From Thermofilaceae archaeon (GTDB lineage Archaea; Thermoproteota; Thermoprotei; Thermofilales; Thermofilaceae), in assembly GCA_038861545.1 (NCBI GenBank), contig JAWCCZ010000001.1, positions 160,001-224,000 on the forward strand: 64,000 nt of DNA, read 5' to 3'. Below the pieces are notes generated by a model. It ran no database searches, had not been told where the DNA came from, and saw only the letters and a program-made list of their open reading frames with translations. A program made the translations under genes and the position numbers. Shown piece after piece: positions 19,986 to 29,646 of this stretch; the first letter of the stretch is position 1; every line of letters starts with the position of its first letter.

Positions 19986-20627
19986 ATGCCCGAAGAGATT
20001 ATCCTCACTGAAGATAACATGGAAGATGTAGCCAAATATGTTGGAAGGCGTTTAACAGGGAAGGTAGCCGCTATTCCTACAGATACTTCGTATGGTCTAG
20101 CAGCAAGTGCTTACGATAATTTTGGAGTTAAAAAAGTTTTCAATATAAAAATGAGGGAACAGTCGAAAATGCTCTCAGTGTTTGTTTCCTCAGTAGACGT
20201 GATCCAAAGTATATGCGTTATAGACGAAATAGCTGAAAAATTTATCGAAATTTTACCTGAACGCTTGACATTAATTCTTAAGGTTAAAGAACCTAGAAGA
20301 TTTGCCCCAGGTATAGTGAGCCCAGAAAATAAAATTGGAGTACGGCTTCCCCCATACCGCTTTCCTCCACTACTAGCTAGAGAAATAGGTGAACCGATCA
20401 CCGCTACTAGCGCGAACATTTCCTGCGAACCTCCAATTTACAATCCGAGACTTCTGAAAGAAAAGTTAACCAATATTGATATAATAGTTAATGCAGGAGA
20501 GCTTCCACCAATACCTACATCTACAGTTATCGACGTTACTAAATTTCCACCGGTTATTTTAAGAAGTGGACCTGTTTCTCCTCAAGAAATTCGAAGAAGG
20601 TTAAAGATAGACGTGTTGGTTCAATAG
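19986..20627 (+). CDS. tsaC: L-threonylcarbamoyladenylate synthase (TsaC/YrdC, no Sua5 C-terminal domain)
   Basis: PTDTSYGL, TATSANIS and STVID motifs. Confidence 0.9.
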   Translation: MPEEIILTEDNMEDVAKYVGRRLTGKVAAIPTDTSYGLAASAYDNFGVKKVFNIKMREQSKMLSVFVSSVDVIQSICVIDEIAEKFIEILPERLTLILKVKEPRRFAPGIVSPENKIGVRLPPYRFPPLLAREIGEPITATSANISCEPPIYNPRLLKEKLTNIDIIVNAGELPPIPTSTVIDVTKFPPVILRSGPVSPQEIRRRLKIDVLVQ

Positions 20628-20695
20628 TTAAACTTAACTATTTTCAAATAGTAGCCAAAACCTGTATAAGCGAGGCATACGTATTTGAAGCGTTG

Positions 20696-20778
20696 AGCCC
20701 CGGCCGGGAATTGAACCCGGGTCCTCCGCCTACTTGGAGCTTTACCACGGCGGCGCTCTGCCACTAAGCCACCGGGGC
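20696..20778 (-). tRNA. tRNA-Thr(GGT) with 11-nt intron at 37/38 (20732-20742)
   Basis: GCCCCGG acceptor stem, CCGCC/GGCGG anticodon stem, GGTTCAATTCC T arm; anticodon at 20744-20746. Confidence 0.88.
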
Positions 20779-20838
20779 ACACTATTTAGGACTATTAGGA
20801 GATAAAAAAGTTCTTTCTCTTAAATTATTTTAGAAACT

Positions 20839-22173
20839 TTATACAAATGGTCTTGAGATACCTATGTCCCTTGCCATCATGTAAGGTGCTCTGACCGCTG
20901 GGCTAACTTCCCACCAGCTGATATCGTAGAGGTCTCTACCTAGGAGTTCTATGTTGGAGAGAAGCTTGGGTAGGCGATCCGCGATTCTTATACGGGTAAC
21001 CGGGTGTTTGATTTCTCCGTTTTCAACGTAGAAGGCAGCATCCCTAGCTATAGTTGAAAAGATGCCTTCTACATAGTTCTGCAACCTCGTGTACCAGTTA
21101 TTGGTAATTATTATACCTTTTTTCAATTCTTTAACCATTTCATCGAAAGTAGAGTCACCAGCTGGTATGCTTAGAGTCCAAGCGCGCGGGAACATTATGC
21201 CGGCATTACCCGTAGTTTTAGTTCCAAATTTAGCTGCAGTTTTTGAGTTGTGTAATAGGGTTTTTAGTATACCTTCTTCAATAATCGGCTTGTTCTCTGT
21301 AGATTGACCTTCCTCATCAAAGGATGTGGAACCTAATAGCTCCGGGTTCCTTGGGGCATCTATAAGGCTAAATTTCTCGCTCGCCACTTTAGATCCTGGT
21401 TCCGTTCTGGCAAACATTGAATTACCCATTAATACGGCTAGAGCACTGGCCATCATACCCACTAGATTCATCAGGTTGCCCACAACCATAGGCGACAGCA
21501 GTACGTCGTAAGCTCCAGGTTCGATCTGTCTCGGTTCTCCTTTAGCTATTTCGGCCAGTTCAAGGGCTGTTCCAGCCGTTTGTTTAACTTTCTCGATAAA
21601 TAATTTTCTGCTTCCGTAGGACCATTGTCCAGAAGCTTCTCCTAGGAAAACTCTTAAGTAAGCTTCAATACCCGTAGCCGCCTCTTTAAACTTAGCCCCT
21701 TTGGAGTTAGCTAACCCACGTTCTATGTAGGAAAGTGTCAATGCACCAGCAACACGATCAGCATTAGAGGTTGTGGATAAAAGTGTCTCAGCTAGAGGGC
21801 TCGGGTCCTCCATAGTTTTTACAATAGAGTCGTCAACAAGGTTAAGCGGTCTAATCTCGGCCGGCTCTGGTAAAGGTGTATACAATATACTTGGTTTAAC
21901 CTGCACTGAAGCGGATACCGCACGTTCGATTAGCCTATCCACCTGTTCGAGGGTAGTTGGATGAATTTCTGTGAGTAAAATCTTTCCCTCTTTTGTTAAA
22001 TAAAGGTTAACGGTAAGTGAGCTCCACCTCTGCACCACGCTTATTTCACTATTAGCTAGCTTCACCATCACGCTATTGCTTTTGTTGATTTGAACGGCCG
22101 CCTCTTCAAAGCCGCGTCTCAGTGCCGCTTGGACGATTTTCTCAGCAACTTCAGAAATTGAGTTGCAAGCCAT
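20839..22173 (-). CDS. pmbA: TldE/PmbA family protein
   Basis: FDEEG, LLHN...TTGNAG and NNWYTR motifs; follows tldD. Confidence 0.88.
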   Translation of the reverse strand: MACNSISEVAEKIVQAALRRGFEEAAVQINKSNSVMVKLANSEISVVQRWSSLTVNLYLTKEGKILLTEIHPTTLEQVDRLIERAVSASVQVKPSILYTPLPEPAEIRPLNLVDDSIVKTMEDPSPLAETLLSTTSNADRVAGALTLSYIERGLANSKGAKFKEAATGIEAYLRVFLGEASGQWSYGSRKLFIEKVKQTAGTALELAEIAKGEPRQIEPGAYDVLLSPMVVGNLMNLVGMMASALAVLMGNSMFARTEPGSKVASEKFSLIDAPRNPELLGSTSFDEEGQSTENKPIIEEGILKTLLHNSKTAAKFGTKTTGNAGIMFPRAWTLSIPAGDSTFDEMVKELKKGIIITNNWYTRLQNYVEGIFSTIARDAAFYVENGEIKHPVTRIRIADRLPKLLSNIELLGRDLYDISWWEVSPAVRAPYMMARDIGISRPFV

Positions 22174-23624
22174 TATCCGACCACCCCTAAGGGGATTCTC
22201 CTTAACCTTACGTCGGGACCCCCGAACCAGACGGGTACACCTTGGCTCGGTTCACCTTTCCCACAAGTTCCAGGCTCAAAACGTAACTCCCTGTCAGCAG
22301 CGTCAATGCTCGAGTAGAAACTCTTGGTTGTAACCTCAAGCACAGGGTTCCGCACAGGCTTCGTTAAATTCCCGTTTTCCACAAGGTAGCATTCCAGCCC
22401 GACGTAGCGCTGACCCCATCTAATATCGTCGATGTTCCACTCCATGTAGCTTTTCATATAGACGCCCAGCTTCACTTCTTCCAAAAGCTCTTCAAAGGTA
22501 TAGTCGCCTGGGGCTAAGTAGGTGTTAGCCATTCTAATGATGGGTTCACTATTATGGTCCATGGCACGGGCTGCAGCATTGCTGGTAGTCCCGAATAAAC
22601 TTGCAGTCCATCGGTTGTGGAGGTGCTCGTTGATTATACCCTCCTTGTAAAGATAGCGAGCTCTCGCAGGCACTCCTTCGTCATCGTAAAGGTAAAATCC
22701 ATAGCTACCCGGAATTGTCGGGTCATCAACCACCGTCGCGTACTTACCTCCTATGCGATCACCAAGCATTCCGGGTTTTATAAAGCTCATACCAGCCTGT
22801 GCTGCCTCTCTCCCCCAGATTCTATCAGCCTCGCTGGGATGACCGCAGCTTTCGTGGACTATTAAGCCTACGATTTCGCTACCAACAATTACGTCGACAG
22901 GCGCTTTAGGCGGTTCAACTCCTTCAAGTAGAATTTTCTCTAGCTTTTCAGCCTCCTCCGCGGCTTCTTCGGGCATCTTCCACGTATTCAGTTGTTCAAG
23001 CCCCCCGCTGCCGCCGAACGATCGAGAACGCTGAATAGTTCCCTTTTGAGGATGAAGCAATACAAAATTGTAGCCGATGCTAAGTCGCGGGACTCTGCTG
23101 ACCACATAAGCTCCATCAGAATTCATCAGGGTTTTCTCTTCTATTTCCTCGCTGTATCGAGCTATTAGCGTCATTAGTTTAGCATCTTTAACAGAACTCT
23201 TTACCCTGTCCCATGTTTCAACTAGGATGCTCTGTTTCTCATCTATGTCAAGCGAATCGAATGGTTTTAAACAGGTGACTTCATACTTTGCCTTGCCTAT
23301 TCTCGCCTCGGCAAACTTTATCGGGTTTTTCATTAGCTTGGAGTGAGCTTTAGCTAGCTTTACAGCTCTTGTAACTGTTTCTTCCGAATTACTCCAGTCG
23401 AGGGAACTTGTGGCGGAGAATCCAAGAGCCCCGTCGACGATAACTCTTATACCAATGCCCTCCTCAAGCTCTTCGCCGTAGCCTACCATTTCACCGTTCC
23501 TAGTGAATATAGAGGTTTGTAGATGGCGATGATAACGAGCCTCCGAGTAACTCGCCCCGAGCTTAAGAGCGAGATCCACACACTTTTGGAGTAACTCTTC
23601 TTGCACGTTAGTGTCACATAACAA
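22173..23624 (-). CDS. tldD: TldD metalloprotease
   Basis: HESCGHPSEADR, YDDEG, PIIRMANT and CGKGEP motifs. Confidence 0.92.
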   Translation of the reverse strand: MLCDTNVQEELLQKCVDLALKLGASYSEARYHRHLQTSIFTRNGEMVGYGEELEEGIGIRVIVDGALGFSATSSLDWSNSEETVTRAVKLAKAHSKLMKNPIKFAEARIGKAKYEVTCLKPFDSLDIDEKQSILVETWDRVKSSVKDAKLMTLIARYSEEIEEKTLMNSDGAYVVSRVPRLSIGYNFVLLHPQKGTIQRSRSFGGSGGLEQLNTWKMPEEAAEEAEKLEKILLEGVEPPKAPVDVIVGSEIVGLIVHESCGHPSEADRIWGREAAQAGMSFIKPGMLGDRIGGKYATVVDDPTIPGSYGFYLYDDEGVPARARYLYKEGIINEHLHNRWTASLFGTTSNAAARAMDHNSEPIIRMANTYLAPGDYTFEELLEEVKLGVYMKSYMEWNIDDIRWGQRYVGLECYLVENGNLTKPVRNPVLEVTTKSFYSSIDAADRELRFEPGTCGKGEPSQGVPVWFGGPDVRLRRIPLGVVG

Positions 23625-23813
23625 TAAATAAAAGTTTAACGTTACAGCAGATTTTGCAAATACTTAACATCTAAGCCAAAGTTTTCGTTTTTCGATTTTA
23701 ACTACTGAATGTCGGCATTGCATAAGATTTGGGGTCCCCATAACCTTTCTCAAAGGTATTGCTTCAGTAAGTGCTGAATAAATATTTTTACGGGATATTA
23801 GAACTCTAAATTC

Positions 23814-24812
23814 ATGGAGGGATCTGAGCTGGCAAGACTGGTATCCCATTACTCCGCCACTGTCACTCTCAAGAGGGGTAAAGCTGAGGTCTTAGTTCTG
23901 GAAAGAGGGGGAAGGATTCTCACTCTACAGTATGACGGGTTGAACTTGCTTTGGGTTAATCCGAATATAAAATTAGTGCTAGAGACCGGCGGCTGGAATA
24001 CCGGAGGGTTAAGACTATGGATTTCCCCAGAAAGGAGCTTCTTTTATGAAAAACCGGCAGAATTTGGAGGGTGGTTTTGCCCAAGCGGGATCGACCCAGC
24101 TGAATTCAGACTTGTTAAAGCGGGGCAGGAAAGCGCTACCGTAGAAGGGTTTTTCGATGTTCAAGATAGAGTTACTGGCTGGAGATTATGCGCCTATACG
24201 CGTAGGGATTTTTACTTGTTGTCTGAAAACCGGCTGCTAATACGCGAAGCTCTGCTTGCTGACTACCCAGGCGACTTTAACCCCTGGGCGCTAGCCCAGG
24301 TTCCCCCAGAGGGAACCGTTATAGTGCCAGTTAAAAAAGGAGCATCACCAGTACACTATTTTGGGCCTATTCCAGAGGACCGGTTAAAAATAGCGGAGGA
24401 CCACGTGGCATTTAAAATTGATGCCAAGAGGGTATGCAAGCTCGGTATACGGCCTGAAGATCTGCCGGTAGAAGGCTCGGCTTTAATTGCCTATGTTTCT
24501 CAAAGTGATGGGAAGTGGACGCTGATAATGAAGAAGACGCACGACACGCCTCGAACACAAGCAGAGTGCTTAGACTCAGCAAGGTTTGATCCCAAGGGTC
24601 CAAAGGGATCTGTTCAGTCATATAATTCTGGTCCTGAAGGTGGAGCAGAGCAGTTCGGTGAAATCGAGTTACAGTTTAAGCCGGCAATCGATATAGGTAG
24701 ACGTAAAATAGCCATTGCTGAATACGAGGTAATTTTCACAGCTGGAACCGCAGGAGAGGTGCTTGAACTCTTAAAGAAGGAAACCGGAATAAAAAAACCC
24801 CAGCTCTTTTAA
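23814..24812 (+). CDS. Hypothetical protein, probable galactose-mutarotase-like fold
   Basis: GGRIL...NLLWVN...GGLRLWISPE pattern. Confidence 0.6.
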   Translation: MEGSELARLVSHYSATVTLKRGKAEVLVLERGGRILTLQYDGLNLLWVNPNIKLVLETGGWNTGGLRLWISPERSFFYEKPAEFGGWFCPSGIDPAEFRLVKAGQESATVEGFFDVQDRVTGWRLCAYTRRDFYLLSENRLLIREALLADYPGDFNPWALAQVPPEGTVIVPVKKGASPVHYFGPIPEDRLKIAEDHVAFKIDAKRVCKLGIRPEDLPVEGSALIAYVSQSDGKWTLIMKKTHDTPRTQAECLDSARFDPKGPKGSVQSYNSGPEGGAEQFGEIELQFKPAIDIGRRKIAIAEYEVIFTAGTAGEVLELLKKETGIKKPQLF

Positions 24813-25003
24813 GAACTCAATTTTTACCAATTATTAAATTTTCTGAATATATAGATCGACTATATGTTTGAGAAGGTCAAATTCCAATAATGGATTTGCT
24901 TAAAATAATAACGATAAATTTGCATGGGAGCATGGTTCTAATAGCTAACAGGTAATATATGCAGGAGCAGGCATATTATGTACCTTAGTTCCCTGTTTTA
25001 AGC

Positions 25004-25999
25004 GTGAAAGTAAAAGTCGGATTTATTGGCTGCGGAGGAATAGCGAAGCTGCATGCCGATGTTTTATCTGGCTTTGAAGATATTGAGCTCAGGGCTTTTA
25101 GTGACCTCAATAAAAGCAGAGCCGAAGCGTTTACTGCAAGATATGGAGGCAAAGCTTACAAAGATTATCGAGAGATGCTTGAGAAAGAAAGCTTGGATGC
25201 TTGTTTTATCTGTATACCACCCTATGCACATACTGATCAGGAAAGCCTATGCGCTGAGCACGGGGTTCATATTTTTGTAGAGAAACCGGTTGCATTAACA
25301 TTAGAGAAGGCTATAGAGGTGTTGAAAGCGGTTAAGAGAGCTAGTATTATTACACAGGTTGGATATGTGCGAAGATTCGCTGAATCCTACATGAAGGCGA
25401 GACATATTCTTCTTGAGAAGGGTGGCCGCATAGGGCTTTTCGAGGCGTGGTGGATAGGTGGCGTAGCTGGTGGCCCAGATCATTGGTGGAGGAGAAGAGA
25501 GCTAAGCGGTGGGCAGTTAGTTGAACAGTCAACTCATCTTGTAGACCTGGCTCGATGGATGGTAGGCGACGAAATAGTAGAGGTTTCAGCGTTTTTTGAA
25601 GAAGAACTTCTTAAAGATCTTCCCAACTTTAACATAGAGTCAGCTTCTACAGTAATCATGCGTTACAAGTCAGGTGCGGTTGCTTCAGTCACTAACACCT
25701 GCGCTGCGCAGCCTGGGGGGATGAGTGTAGGTTTCAGGGTTACAGCACAGAATCTTCAGGTTATGAGCGGATCAGGATGGTGGTCTGTAGTCGTAGTCGA
25801 GGGCGAAGAAAGCAAAGTATTTGACGTGTCAACCGAGCCCTATGTTGTACAAGATTTGCATTTCATTGATTGCGTAAAAGCTGGACGAGAGAGCGAAGCA
25901 CCTTACCTCGAAGGTGTTAAGACTCTTGAAGTGACTCTAGCTGCAGTTAAATCGGCTAAAACCAACCAGCCGGTTAGGCTACCCATGGCGGTCTACTGA
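25004..25999 (+). CDS. Gfo/Idh/MocA oxidoreductase
   Basis: GFIGCGGIA, EKP and GGQLVEQSTH motifs. Confidence 0.92.
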   Translation: MKVKVGFIGCGGIAKLHADVLSGFEDIELRAFSDLNKSRAEAFTARYGGKAYKDYREMLEKESLDACFICIPPYAHTDQESLCAEHGVHIFVEKPVALTLEKAIEVLKAVKRASIITQVGYVRRFAESYMKARHILLEKGGRIGLFEAWWIGGVAGGPDHWWRRRELSGGQLVEQSTHLVDLARWMVGDEIVEVSAFFEEELLKDLPNFNIESASTVIMRYKSGAVASVTNTCAAQPGGMSVGFRVTAQNLQVMSGSGWWSVVVVEGEESKVFDVSTEPYVVQDLHFIDCVKAGRESEAPYLEGVKTLEVTLAAVKSAKTNQPVRLPMAVY

Positions 26000-26487
26000 G
26001 CTGCGACCTGGTATCTTTCAATGGAAATCCCTAGCTTGCTGAGCAAAGCGTGTTGTTCGCGAAGCTGTTTTTCTGAGATAGAAGGTGAGAAAGCATTGAC
26101 GTAGTTTAACTTTTCGTATTTAAGAGCCTGATCAGCGATAATTTTCTCAACCCCATGCGGGAGAGGTCTGGTAGCTGTGTATAAGGTTACCGTTGCCTTT
26201 CCGTTAGAAGCGTAAACTGTAGCGAGGTAAGCTGGTATGACACCTAATCTAGTCATGGATATGAGTACTGCGAGGTCAGGGAGAGAAGGTGCTGTGCGTG
26301 GAACCGGGTGAGTGTGTATAACAGCTACAGCTCTGCCGTGTGGCCCAGTTAAAGGTATCTGGACTTCCATCGAGACACCTCTAAACAGCATCCTTGCGCC
26401 ATCTTCATAGATGATGATAGCATGCTCTTCTTTATCCACAGTCATAGATGCTAGTTCACGGGATGATTCAAGGATTCTATCTTTCAC
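25993..26487 (-). CDS. Stand-alone JAB/MPN+ metalloprotein
   Basis: E...HTHP....PSLPD JAMM motif. Confidence 0.7.
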   Translation of the reverse strand: MKDRILESSRELASMTVDKEEHAIIIYEDGARMLFRGVSMEVQIPLTGPHGRAVAVIHTHPVPRTAPSLPDLAVLISMTRLGVIPAYLATVYASNGKATVTLYTATRPLPHGVEKIIADQALKYEKLNYVNAFSPSISEKQLREQHALLSKLGISIERYQVAAQ

Positions 26488-26539
26488 GTAGTGAGTATTC
26501 CTTAGTCATTTTTATGCCTTCCGGTTAAGCTCGCCAGCG

Positions 26540-26595
26540 GCCTCAGAGCCTGCTCGAATCATCATATTCTCAGGCTCCCAAGCATCTTCATAGGC
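26540..26595 (-). ncRNA. C/D box methylation-guide sRNA
   Basis: C ATGAAGA, 11-nt guide, D' CTGA, C' ATGATGA, 12-nt guide, D CTGA; GCC/GGC terminal stem. Confidence 0.88.
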
Positions 26596-27400
26596 GGCTT
26601 CTATCCCTTATTTCCCAAGCCTCCTTAAGCACCTTCGCCATTGCGAGCAGCTCTAATGGTTCGAGCTCGAACACCCGTTTATCTAAATCTACGATGCCTT
26701 GGAATAAGTTGGGGTCTAAGCTCATATTCCTTAAAACTTTAGATAACTTTCTTTTTCTCTGGGAAAATACTAGAGCCGTGAGTTTCTCCACCGTATTGAA
26801 TAAATCCACGTTTCTCTTTCTCGGTTTCATATTTACGATTAACGAATCAACCTCGGGCTCAGGGTAAAAGGCTTTCCGGCTCACACTTCCAGCGATTTCC
26901 ATTTCTGAGTAAAGCTGTGTAATGACGCTTATGCGCCCATAATCCGAGGCTCGAGGCCTCGCGATAAGTCTTAAAGCAAATTCCCTTTGTAGAGTTAGAG
27001 ATGCTAATTCATAAGCTGGCTCACGTAGTAGTTTGACTATAAGCTGGGAAGAAATATTATACGGCACATTGCTGATCACTCTTTCAACGCGAGGGATCGG
27101 GAACCTAAGGGCATCAGCATGGATAATCGATATTTTGCTGGAACCCTTAAACCTGTTATTCAGCAACTTGATTAACCGGTAATCCACTTCAATAGCCATG
27201 ACTTCCGTTCCCTTGTCGGCAAGAGCTTGGGTCAGGGTTCCGAGACCAGCCCCTATTTCGTAAACTACGTAGCCCGGCTGCAGTTTTGCCGCTTTAAGTA
27301 ACGTTTCCACAGCCCCGCGACTCACGATAAAGTTCTGCCCTAGTCTCTTCTTAGGTCTGATGCCATATTCCTTAAGTAGTGACCTGGTTTCTGCTAACAG
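26588..27400 (-). CDS. ksgA: 16S rRNA adenine dimethyltransferase, extended to a probable CTG start
   Basis: EIGAGLG, SNVPYNIS and YGRIS motifs; conserved KKRLGQNF lies in frame upstream of the ORF-track start at 27325. Confidence 0.9.
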   Translation of the reverse strand: MLAETRSLLKEYGIRPKKRLGQNFIVSRGAVETLLKAAKLQPGYVVYEIGAGLGTLTQALADKGTEVMAIEVDYRLIKLLNNRFKGSSKISIIHADALRFPIPRVERVISNVPYNISSQLIVKLLREPAYELASLTLQREFALRLIARPRASDYGRISVITQLYSEMEIAGSVSRKAFYPEPEVDSLIVNMKPRKRNVDLFNTVEKLTALVFSQRKRKLSKVLRNMSLDPNLFQGIVDLDKRVFELEPLELLAMAKVLKEAWEIRDRSRL

Positions 27401-27863
27401 TTATCAGCACCCTAATCAACTTGAAGCGAAACCTCTTTTAACATTACGCGGAAAATATCTTGTGGGAGAGAGCATACACGAGAAAATTAGGGAGGACGAC
27501 GTTGTTGTAAAGAAAATGGCTTCAATGCTGAAATCCGGTGCAGCGATGCTAGAGCAACTTTGTCCAACGTGCAGGGTTCCACTTTTCAAAACAAAGAGTG
27601 GAGAAGTTATTTGCCCAAGTTGTGGACAACGGTTTGTTATAGTAAGCAGCGACGAGGAAGAACTCGAAGTAAAAGGAAACTTTGTTCTTCAGGAGCTGGA
27701 GCAAGCTGCTGTAAGCAAGCTGATTCAGGTGACCTCAAGCCTTATGAGTGCGCGGGATTATTCTGAAGTTTCAGAGGCTCTCGACACCGCTTTGAACCTG
27801 CTTAGGATTATTGAGTATTCACGCCGAATCCGTCGCGGGGGCGAGATTGGTAAAACCAGTTAA
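27360..27863 (+). CDS. UPF0148 / autoantigen p27-like Zn-ribbon protein (true start probably GTG near 27462)
   Basis: KKMASMLKSGAAML...CPTC..PLF...CPSC. Confidence 0.82.
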   Translation: MPYSLSSDLVSANSYQHPNQLEAKPLLTLRGKYLVGESIHEKIREDDVVVKKMASMLKSGAAMLEQLCPTCRVPLFKTKSGEVICPSCGQRFVIVSSDEEELEVKGNFVLQELEQAAVSKLIQVTSSLMSARDYSEVSEALDTALNLLRIIEYSRRIRRGGEIGKTS

Positions 27864-28542
27864 AGTCAGGGATTCAATCGAAGTCCTATACTCGACAGGA
27901 CACTGGGCTCTATTGAACTCGTTCCGCTTTCATGCCCGCTCGCTTATGGCTTTACTGCCTTACTCTTTACTTGTGGGCAGCGTAGCGCGCGGAGACGTAC
28001 ATAGCGGTAGTGACATAGACATAGCACTAGTGGAGCCTATAGCGCCATCTCTTGTTGAGGAGAAATTATTAGGGGCTGGCCTAATGATAGAATCACGGGA
28101 AATAGTTCAAGCTACACCGCGCTCTACTCCTAAGCTCTATATTCACTTAAAAGGGAACGTTAAAGTATCTTTACCCTTAGCCCCGCTTTCACCTTTAGAG
28201 GAGGAGTTCTTCGGGTTTGCAGGTTCCGTGAATTACAGCGAGCTTGAACGCCGTGTCCGTAAGCCGGGTGTAAATAAGAAACTATTAATTGTACTGCCCA
28301 CAGAACACGGGCACGTCGAGTATTCGATTGTAGGGAGAGAGGGAGAGGTTGCCAAGCTATTAGATGTTTCGCCCACTTTAGTAAAGGAAAGGGTTGCCAC
28401 ATTACTGCACAGGGATGAAAGGGGGAGAAGCGGACTCTTCCTAAGGGTTCAGATTCCGCAGTGGGAGAGCACAGAGGAGATGATAGTCTGCCTAGCTCAG
28501 CGGGTACCTGCTCTTAAAAAGCGGTTGAAAAGTTGGTTTTAG
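27811..28542 (+). CDS. Archaeal nucleotidyltransferase-domain protein
   Basis: GSVARGDV...SDIDI, IVQATP and R.PGVNKKL motifs. Confidence 0.85.
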   Translation: MSIHAESVAGARLVKPVKVRDSIEVLYSTGHWALLNSFRFHARSLMALLPYSLLVGSVARGDVHSGSDIDIALVEPIAPSLVEEKLLGAGLMIESREIVQATPRSTPKLYIHLKGNVKVSLPLAPLSPLEEEFFGFAGSVNYSELERRVRKPGVNKKLLIVLPTEHGHVEYSIVGREGEVAKLLDVSPTLVKERVATLLHRDERGRSGLFLRVQIPQWESTEEMIVCLAQRVPALKKRLKSWF

Positions 28543-29630
28543 CATAGTGGGTCCAGCACAGGTGTCCTGCCAAAGAAGCCAAGATCCACTTCAGTGCCGG
28601 GTTCCGCATCGACTAGCAGTATTCGCATTCCGAGTGTTCTTCCTTTTATTTTTTTCGCTGTCTCAAGGTCCCTTATCAATCCTCTTAGAACTACATCGTC
28701 GGTAGTTGAGGGCAGAGGAATCATGTCCAGACCTACCACGCAAACTAAAGTAAGGTAGAGAAAATCCTTGAACGCTATCTGCCCTGTACTCGCAAGCTCT
28801 TTAAGTCGATCATCTTCAGCTAATGGTAGCATAACTTCGTTAAACCCGATGGTTTTCAGCGATGAAGCTAAGAGTAGGAGGGCTTCGTTAATGGCTTTAA
28901 TTGTGGAAATGGTTCCGGGGTTTCCAAAAGGTATACCCTGTAGTTTTTCGACGAAAGAGGCGACGCTATCTTTCTGCCACGGCGATAGCGATAGGTCAAT
29001 GCCATGGAAAGGCGTAGTTGCATTTACATTATCAAGTGCATCGTAAACTATTCTATAGGCATCAAGTACGGTCTTTCTAAGCGAATCTGGGAGCGCCATT
29101 CCCTCGGAAATCTCTTTTTCAACATGCGAAGGGTAGAGCAAGCTAAGTGTATACCCCTCGGTTTCGCTCGTCGTAACCGGGAAGTAGGAGGTAACTGGTC
29201 GTTTTCCGAAAGAAATTGCAAAACGGGATCCTGCTAACCATCCCGCTTTCTCAGGTATTTCTCTCAATGCTTTTATTATTTCGCTTGCCAGCTTTTCACT
29301 GTAAACTACCGAGAAGTAGGCTCTTTCGAATGATAGCATGAGCTCGGCAAGTTTTCCTGATTCCAACCAAGAAAGCGGGAAAGCCACGTAATTGACTGTT
29401 TTGATCACCGTATCGTAAAAAGTTTCTAGAAACTTTTCCATGCTAACATTAAATGTTGAAGATGCCTCATATACTGGAGGACAAACAATTCTTACGCTCC
29501 ACACTTCTCGGCGTTTAGAAAGCTCCTCTACGAGGCGTTTTACTTCATCTATCTTAAGCCTGGATAGGTAACCTTCCAGGCTGCCCGAAGCAGGCGGAGC
29601 ATGGTATACAAGTGCTCTGAATTTATACAT
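28539..29630 (-). CDS. DUF711 family protein
   Basis: GIDLSLSPW, GFNEVMLPLAED and CVVGLDMIP motifs. Confidence 0.8.
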   Translation of the reverse strand: MYKFRALVYHAPPASGSLEGYLSRLKIDEVKRLVEELSKRREVWSVRIVCPPVYEASSTFNVSMEKFLETFYDTVIKTVNYVAFPLSWLESGKLAELMLSFERAYFSVVYSEKLASEIIKALREIPEKAGWLAGSRFAISFGKRPVTSYFPVTTSETEGYTLSLLYPSHVEKEISEGMALPDSLRKTVLDAYRIVYDALDNVNATTPFHGIDLSLSPWQKDSVASFVEKLQGIPFGNPGTISTIKAINEALLLLASSLKTIGFNEVMLPLAEDDRLKELASTGQIAFKDFLYLTLVCVVGLDMIPLPSTTDDVVLRGLIRDLETAKKIKGRTLGMRILLVDAEPGTEVDLGFFGRTPVLDPLC

Positions 29631-29646
29631 TCTAAGTCACCCGCAC

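Noticed and set aside
24848-24977. Several short inverted repeats upstream of the Gfo/Idh/MocA gene
   Set aside because: Arms of 6-8 bp in AT-rich DNA are expected by chance
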